This document shows, piece after piece, positions 55,854 through 64,000 of a DNA stretch of 64,000 nucleotides. The DNA is taken from assembly GCA_964016885.1 (NCBI GenBank), contig OZ024742.1, forward strand, positions 8,866,001 through 8,930,000. The letters are read 5' to 3'. Origin of the DNA: Eledone cirrhosa (lineage: Eukaryota). How positions within the stretch are numbered: the stretch's first letter is position 1; each line of letters opens with the position of its first letter. A program made the translations under genes and the position numbers. The notes beneath the pieces were generated by a model. The model was not told the origin of the DNA, made no database searches, and saw nothing but the letters and a program-made list of their open reading frames with translations.

Positions 55854-56293
55854 AGAGAGAGAGAGGGAGAGGGAGAGAGATATGAAGGATGTGATGAGAG
55901 AAAGAAACGAAGATATATGAAAAGAAGAGAAAGATGAGGAGTATAAATATATAGGGAAGGGTGATATGGTGTGTGTGTGTGAATGTATGTGTTTATGTGT
56001 GCGTGTATGTTTGAGTGTATGTGTAGTCATTATCTGTGTGTGTGTGTCAGTGCGTGTGTGTATGTGTGTATTTGTGATCCTTGTTTGTGTGAGTGTGTGT
56101 GTGTGTGTGTAAGCGTATATAACTGCGTAGATGTATGTATGTATTTCAATGGATCTATTTATGGATGTGTGGACAAATAACTCCTGATGGAAGTTTAGGG
56201 GCAGGTGGTGACATTTTATGTTTCAGACCTGGTGGAGCCTTCATCTCGCCAAGTCTAAACGCAGTCAATTGTTTTCAGTATAAGAAAGTTTGC

Positions 56294-56390
<97 letters not shown>

Positions 56391-57704
56391 TGAGAGAGGG
56401 GAGTGGGACATCCTTGTAGTGTGAAATCTACCCCAGTAGTGAACTGGTACGTTTATTCTATCAACATCTAAATGATGAAAGTGAACATTGACCTCTACAA
56501 GATTTGAAATCAGAGAACGGAGTTTTCTGGAAGCAATACCACAAAAGATTCTATCTGAGGCTGTAATAATTCTGCCACATCCCCGCCTCTACTAACTGTG
56601 TATGTGTGAAGTTATCTCTTACTGATGACTCACTGCAACATTCTATCAACAATCAATCATTTGAAACAGACACAATTGTCCAGATGTGTCCTGTCTCCTA
56701 TGATATAGCAACAGAGACGCCATTGTTACTGCCTCTCGCTGAACAAACATCACAAACCAATTGAAATGTCCTCGAATGCAAATAACCATCATATGCTTCT
56801 TAGTTTCAGTTTGATATGTGCAATCATATCTGTTTGTTAGTCTGTCTCTTGCCTCTACTTCTACATATTTTCTTCTTTCCATATATATATATATATATAT
56901 ATATATACATGATTTATGTAGCATCAGAATCCTTCTTAATGTTACACCACGCTTTGCATAATAGAGTTAAGCCCCTTTACAGTCTGAGTTCAAATCCCGC
57001 CGTGGGTAAATTGCCTTTCCTCCAGCATACAAAAGTATCTTCAAGGGTTTATACGAGTTTATAAGATACGGTTAAAAATAAATTTGAAACCTTGTGTAGC
57101 GGCTTTGTTCCGTGTATGAACATAGATAAATAATATATTATTTCTGCTCTCTTCCCGATTGAGAACGCTTTTCTATTTCCTTTTCACACCTACGGATATT
57201 GTTACACACACACACGTATGTATATATATATATATATATAAATATATATACACATATATATAAACGGAAAAAATGAAACGAAATTTCATTTCCCACTCTT
57301 AGTACGGCTGTTACTTAAACATAATATGTACACGTACATACATATATGTATACAGACGTACAGTAGTATGTATATATATATATAAACATACATGCACACA
57401 TATATATATGTACGTATGGATTCACCGAACATTTATTATAATGCTCGGTGTGTTTGTAAACAAACATCCCGTATTAAGCCGTAGTGTCTAGCAACCATCG
57501 TTGCTCGTTTGTTCAACACTGACAAAGGAACGCTGTACTAGTTTCAAGCTTATTAGCTATCGTCAGCAACGTATACCTTCCTGCCAGATTGTTGAACGTC
57601 TGAAAGTATATACTTTCCTTATGCATATTAACGGCTGAGCAGCCTAACTTGCATATCGAGTGAGCATTATAATAAATGTTCGGTGAATTATTTATCTATT
57701 TATT

Positions 57705-59385
57705 CTTATTTGTGTATGTTCATGTGTTTGTATGTGTGTTATCTGTTTGGTCTGTGTTTGTGTGTGTGTTATCTGTTTGTTCATGTGTTTGTGTGTGTGT
57801 TATCTGTTTGTTCATGTGTTTGTATGTGTGTTATCTGTTTGTTCATGTGTTTGTGTGTGTGTTATCTGTTTGTTCATGTGTTTGTATGTGTGTTATCTGT
57901 TTGGTCTGTGTTTGTGTGTGTGTTATCTGTTTGTTCATGTGTTTGTGTGTGTTATCTGTTTGGTCTGTGTTTGTGTGTGTGTTATCTGTTTGTTCATGTG
58001 TTTGTGTGTGTGTTATCTGTTTGATCTGTGTTTGTGTGTGTGTTATCTGTTTGTTCATGTGTTTGTGTGTGTTATCTGTTTGGTCTGTGTTTGTGTGTGT
58101 GTTATCTGTTTGTTCATGTGTTTGTGTGTGTTATCTGTTTGGTCTGTGTTTGTGTGTGTGTTATCTGTTTGTTCATGTGTTTGTGTGTGTTATCTGTTTG
58201 GTCTGTGTTTGTGTGTGTGTTATCTGTTTGTTCATGTGTTTGTGTGTGTTATCAGTTTGGTCTGTGTTTGTGTGTGTGTTATCTGTTTGTTCATGTGTTT
58301 GTGTGTGTTATCTGTTTGATCTGTGTTTGTGTGTGTGTTATCTGTTTGTTCATGTGTTTGTATGTGTGTTATCTGTTTGTTCATGTGTTTGTGTGTGTTA
58401 TCTGTTTGATCTGTGTTTGTGTGTGTGTTATCTGTTTGGTCTGTGTTTGTGTGTGTGTTATCTGTTTGTTCATGTGTTTGTGTGTGTTATCTGTTTGATC
58501 TGTGTTTGTGTGTGTGTTATCTGTTTGGTCTGTGTTTGTGTGTGTGTTATCTGTTTGGTCTGTGTTTGTATGTGTGTTATCTGTTTGGTCTGTGTTTGTG
58601 TGTGTGTTATCTGTTTGATCTGTGTTTGTGTGTGTGTTATCTGTTTGGTCTGTGTTTGTGTGTGTGTTATCTGTTTGGTCTGTGTTTGTGTGTGTGTTAT
58701 CTGTTTGTTCATGTGTTTGTGTGTTTTATCTGTTTGATCTGTGTTTGTGTGTGTGTTATCTGTTTGTTCATGTGTTTGTATGTGTGTTATCTGTTTGTTC
58801 ATGTGTTTGTGTGTGTTATCTGTTTGATCTGTGTTTGTGTGTGTGTTATCTGTTTGGTCTGTGTTTGTATGTGTGTTATCTGTTTGGTCTGTGTTTGTGT
58901 GTGTGTTATCTGTTTGATCTGTGTTTGTGTGTGTGTTATCTGTTTGGTCTGTGTTTGTGTGTGTGTTATCTGTTTGGTCTGTGTTTGTGTGTGTGTATAT
59001 CTGTTTGTTCATGTGTTTGTATGTGTTTTATCTGTTTGTTCATGTGTTTGTGTGTGTGTTATCTGTTTGTTCATGTGTTTGTATGTGTGTTATCTGTTTG
59101 ATCTGTGTTTGTGTGTGTGTTATCTGTTTGTTCATGTGTTTGTATGTGTGTTATCTGTTTGGTCTGTGTTTGTGTGTGTGTTATCTGTTTGGTCTGTGTT
59201 TGTGTGTGTGTTATCTGTTTGTTCATGTGTTTGTGTGTGTGTTATCTGTTTGTTCACGTGTTTGTGTGTGTGTTATCTGTTTGTTCATGTGTTTGTGTGT
59301 GCGTTATCTGTTTGGTCTGTGTTTGTGTGTGTGTTATCTGTTTGGTCTGTGTTTGTGTGTGTGTTATCTGTTTGGTCTGTGTTCG
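57705..59385. repeat. ~29-31-bp minisatellite gtgtttgtgtgtgtgttatctgtttg(gtct/ttcat/atct)
   Basis: About 55 tandem units with three interspersed variants. Confidence 0.97.
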
Positions 59386-59497
59386 TGTCTGGGTCTCTAT
59401 GTGTTTGAATTCTATCTTTGTTCACTAGTGTGCGTTTATGTGTAGTTGTTGTTATTGTACCTGTGTATATTTCTTTATATTTATCTTAGGTCACTTT

Positions 59498-59950
59498 GCT
59501 GCATAGATTTCAAATCCCGCTGAGGTTAACTTTGCCTTTCATCCTTATTGGGTCGATAAAATAAAGTGAAGGCGCATGGCTTAGTGGTTAGAGCACTGGG
59601 CTTGCAATCGAAAGGTTGTGAATTCAATTCTCCGACCGGGTGATATGTTGTTTCCTTGAGCAAGACACTTTATTTCACGTTACTCCAATTTACTCAACTG
59701 TAGAAATGAGATTATAGGACTGGGGTCCCTATCATTAAATTACCCAAGACTCCTCCAACGAGATATACCTTGGAGGAGGCCAGCTAAACCGGCATAGGTG
59801 TGAGCTGTAACAACATGTAACAACTTTGCAGCATAGAGTTCAAATCCCGCTGAGGATAACTTTGCCTTTCATCCTTATGGGGTCGATAAAATAAAGTACC
59901 AGTAATGCACTGGGTTAATTGGTGGCCTTGTGCCAAATGTAGAAATAATT
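59498..59950 (+). mobile_element. Cluster of truncated major-family SINEs flanking a second-family SINE
   Basis: gcatagagttcaaatcccgctgagg...gtcgataaaataaagt at 59498-59567 and 59826-59950. Confidence 0.75.
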
Positions 59951-60944
59951 ATTTGTCTTTCTTCTATATTTCTAACTTTTGTCAATGGTTGCCTCTTCTC
60001 TATATCATATACTCGGCATAAACTATTTCTAATTTCATTGCAAGGTATGTTCTATTATTTAGTAGAGAGCTGCACGTTGGTCTAATGAAAGGCGTCAAAC
60101 TCTTAACAATTGGATTGATTATCAGAATCCGTATAAATTGGTATCTAACCATTGGAATTAATTTCTCATTTCGTCACCCTGGGGTCTGATGTGTTTGCTG
60201 TTATTGCAAGCAATTACACAGAAGAAGTAATCAGTCAATACTTTGTATTGAATTCTATATCGTCTGAATGTGGATATTGATATCTGCAATCAGAATTATA
60301 GAGTTTGTAAGATTTAAATAAAACGGCTGTTGTTTAAATCATCCAAGTATTTCAAAAGAAATGTTAGAAATATTTCTTCGCTGTCCCGATGTTATATCCC
60401 CTTCAAGCAAGTCTGTTCGAGAGATGACGAACATTCGTACGGTTTCTGAGAATAAACATCAATTCGAAATAGTTTCACAAACCTTTCTTTTGTCAGAGTT
60501 CCAAACATGTAAATACAACATATATAAGATCATTACCCACAAAAGCTGTAAACCTAAATATTTCCTACCTTAATGTTACTTCGCAGTTCATAATCACATA
60601 TATCCATGATTTTAAAAGATCCAAAGGCAGTAGAAGGCAGAATTGGTGGAGTGACTAATAAAGGGATTTGGCTACATCCCTTTACGTGTTGAGATTACAC
60701 CTAGACGGAATTGAATTTGTCTTTCGTCCTTCCTGGGTCAATTTAACAATGTACCAGTGAATTACTGGAATAATTTTCACCAATTAATCACTTTCAACAA
60801 ATTTGTGACATTGAAATTATTATATTTGCTCAAGAACATAACACACAACCCAGTCGAGGAATCGAACCCTCGACATTATGATGGTAGGTTAAACACGCTT
60901 ACCACTGAGCCATGCGACTGGGCTATGCGCCTCCACATATATTA

Positions 60945-61386
60945 CTAGACCTGAAAAATGCGCAAGCTCAAAAGAGCTACAGAATGTTATAATAAACCTT
61001 CAAAAGTGTGGGATTAGAGTTGTTGCTCAAAAATATTGTAATCATTATCTATCGTACACTTTGTGGCATCCTTTTATAAAAAAGAGACTCATAATGAACT
61101 CAAGTCGACACGATTATTATTTAAGCCAATGTTCAATATCTCATATTAGATGTTTAGTAATGATTAATACGAAATGCACTTAAACCGAATTCTATATTAT
61201 AAATTCACTTAAATAATTATCGTGTCGTCTTGAGTTCGTTATGAGTCTCTTTTTGTAAAAAGATGCCACAGAGTGTACGATAGATAATGATTACAATATT
61301 TTTTAGCAATAACTCTAGTCCCACACTTTTGAAGGTTTATTATAACATTCTGTGGCGCTTTTGAGCTTGCGCATTTTCAGGTCTAG
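60945..61386. mobile_element. Foldback MITE with ~180-bp TIRs
   Basis: Arms 60945-61125 and 61208-61386 are reverse complements with few mismatches. ATTA on both flanks is a possible 4-bp TSD. Confidence 0.88.
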
Positions 61387-61834
61387 ATTAATATTTTTTT
61401 AAGGCAACGTTTGTAATAACTCTAGTTAAACATGATATATATTAATAACAAATTATTGTTGTAATGTAATTAGATTATATAATTGTTATTTTATAAATGA
61501 TCTTATAAATATTATTGTAAGATGTATAAATATATTTTCAGACTTTTAATATAAACAACTACAAAAAACAATAAATATTAAATAAATATATTTTACATAA
61601 TAATTGTTATAGTTGAATTAATAAAAATTAAATATTGCATACAAATAGTCTAAAATAATAATTAAAAAAATAATGTAACATAATAATAATAAAATAATCT
61701 AACATAAAACGAACAATAATATGGACAAATATACAAGTAAATATAATACAACCAATATTATATGCATGTTATAACGAACTGAAACAAAATAGTTAATATA
61801 AATTAAAAAAAGCATATATAAATTAACAATATAA

Positions 61835-62005
61835 CTTACCAAAACGAGAAAAATATTTTGATGATAAACGACGAAATACAGGAGGAAGATTCAAAAGCGA
61901 AACGATAAATAAACGTGCAAACAAAATGGCGGATGCTTTTGAGCAACAATTACTCTCATTGGTTGATTAGCCAATAAGACAATGAAATTAGCCAATAAGA
62001 CGATA
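61835..62005 (-). promoter_or_regulatory. Candidate Pol II promoter and first exon (3 CCAAT boxes, YY1-type motif, splice donor)
   Basis: attagccaataagac twice (61966, 61987), attgg at 61958, aaaatggcgg at 61923, and a minus-strand G|GTAAGT at 61840/61839. Confidence 0.35.
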
Positions 62006-62726
62006 CATTAGAAAACATGTTTGGCAGGAAGCACCACGGCCAGCGACACCCGTTAAATTTTTTATTCACAAGCTAAGCATATATGTCAGGCACGCAGACT
62101 TAAAACATTCTGTTGTTAGTCACTACGTGTCTAACAGATACGCCTCTTCCCATATTGTAATGTCATATTTATTATATACAGTGAATGTACACGTAAATCT
62201 GTAATTAGTAAAGGTGCGTCTCTTAGTGGTTAGGGAATTTGATTCGTGGTTGCATGTTTGCGAGTTCAATTCCCAGACCAGGCGATGTGTAATGTCGTTG
62301 AGCAAGACATTTCATTTCACATGCTCTTTTCACCAGGAGATACAAGTAAATAGTATAAACAATGGAAAGACTAATGGAAACTGTATCCTGTGTCCAATTT
62401 AACGAATTTTCCTCCAATCGGTAATCGAATGAGATCTGGGATGTTGTTGATTGTTTCCACTCCCGTTTACAACGTTATCTAGATTTACAAGGTATAGTAT
62501 TTCAATAGAGTGAAACTAATAAATCATCTTCTACGTCAAGGACAAGCAAATGTTTATGTTCAAATATACCTCATTGGAAATAAGCAGATATTTCCGTCTC
62601 CATTTCTTTCCTTCTAATCAAGATTTACTTTTCAAACTGCATGTTGCAGCCATTTTGGGAAGAACGGATATCTGAAAATGTTATGCACTTTACTCATTCA
62701 TACTAGATTTACTTCTCAAACAGTTG

Positions 62727-62774
<48 letters not shown>

Positions 62775-62779
<5 letters not shown>

Positions 62780-62845
62780 ACAGACCCTCCATCTCAACTC
62801 ACCTTTTGAAAAGCAGAAGAACTGCGAGACCGGTAAAGGAACCAA

Positions 62846-62850
<5 letters not shown>
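62775..62850 (+). repeat. Solo Neptune terminal fragment in (TA)n with a mutated U3-A8 hammerhead (62802-62839)
   Basis: Nearly identical to 37575-37645, but GAAAC is changed to GAGAC. Confidence 0.85.
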
Positions 62851-62876
<26 letters not shown>

Positions 62877-63007
62877 ACGAAGGAAATGTGGTAAGGAACC
62901 AGGTGGACCATAACGCACCAAAGTACTCAATACTTAGGGTAGTAGAGTGGGTAATAGGAATTAGCCGTCGAAACGGCTTGAGCTCAGCCGTCGGGGTCTT
63001 AATCGTT

Positions 63008-63053
<46 letters not shown>

Positions 63054-63086
63054 TGTGTGTGTGTGTGTGTGTATTTATATATTTAT

Positions 63087-63140
<54 letters not shown>

Positions 63141-63443
63141 ACCAGCCATTTTGACTGTCGCAAACTGCTGTACATGTGAAAGACTTAATACCTTCTTGTC
63201 ACGTTTGAAAGATAAACTCGCTCCGTTTGCAATCAGGTATGTACCAGAAGGAAACATTGGCTTGAGCATGACTGTGTGGATAAGGAATTCCCAACCATTT
63301 TCTTCTGGGTTCAATCGCACTACATTTCATCTTGAGCAAGCGTGTCTTCTATTATAGAACAGAAAAGAGTTGATCAAAGTGATATTTGGTGGAAAGAAGG
63401 ACAGAAATCATGTTCAAACTCATTGCTTATATACTGTATACGG

Positions 63444-63504
<61 letters not shown>

Positions 63505-64000
63505 GGAGGTGAGTTTTATTGTAGTACAATAAAGCAATGCAGATATCGGATCAGTAGCACTCTACAGTTTCCAGGACTGGAGTATAAATAATATATAAGA
63601 TCAAAAGATGATTGAAAGAGTTCCATGTATTTTAGATACTTCTCAATTATCATTATTACTCACCACAATATATCCTTACCCTTTTAAATACTTTATATCA
63701 CCTTGAAAAAATCCTTTGTAAACATAAACATTTTTTTGACGTTAGATTATTCATCCTCAATTCATTATTTTTTTCTCCCTTTCATGCTCATCTAACTTAT
63801 ACATATTACACTTATTCATCCACTCTTCTACTTCTTTCACAATATATCCTTAATTACATTACTATTGCTATATTTTTATATTTTTTAATTATACATATCA
63901 ACAATTTCTTTCCATCGCACATATTAAACCCTTAAATATTATTCTTAATACATATTAACAATTTCTTTTCATCGCACATATTATTAAACCCTTAAATATA

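Noticed and set aside
56640-56800. SOX-motif-rich unique segment as an enhancer
   Set aside because: Short AT-rich motifs are expected by chance, and this cannot be supported without conservation or chromatin data.

Overview
AT-rich eukaryotic DNA, very dense in repeats. It is most likely intronic or intergenic DNA from a coleoid cephalopod such as Octopus; this is inferred from the SINE families and the very long (TA)n/(CA)n/(TACA)n tracts. I recognised no host protein-coding exon. Almost every long ORF in the track is either a microsatellite artefact or a retroelement fragment. Retroelements: a CR1-like LINE, several RTE LINEs and bipartite RTE derivatives, an R4/Dong-clade restriction-endonuclease LINE, two copies of a Tx1/L1-clade LINE, two Penelope-like elements (one Naiad-type with a 1039-bp inverted terminal repeat, one Neptune-type) and about 20 tRNA-derived SINEs. 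DNA elements: Helitrons, mariner/Tc1 MITEs, a long foldback MITE and several minisatellites. The most interesting signal is a set of hammerhead-ribozyme-like folds at Penelope termini. One is an extended type I fold with a non-canonical CAGAAGA core kept in three copies, and another is a minimal fold with the compensatory U3-A8 core. Also notable are an R4-clade LINE flanked on both sides by (CATA)n and a candidate CCAAT/YY1 promoter near 61.9 kb. All calls were read by eye, with no searches or folding programs.
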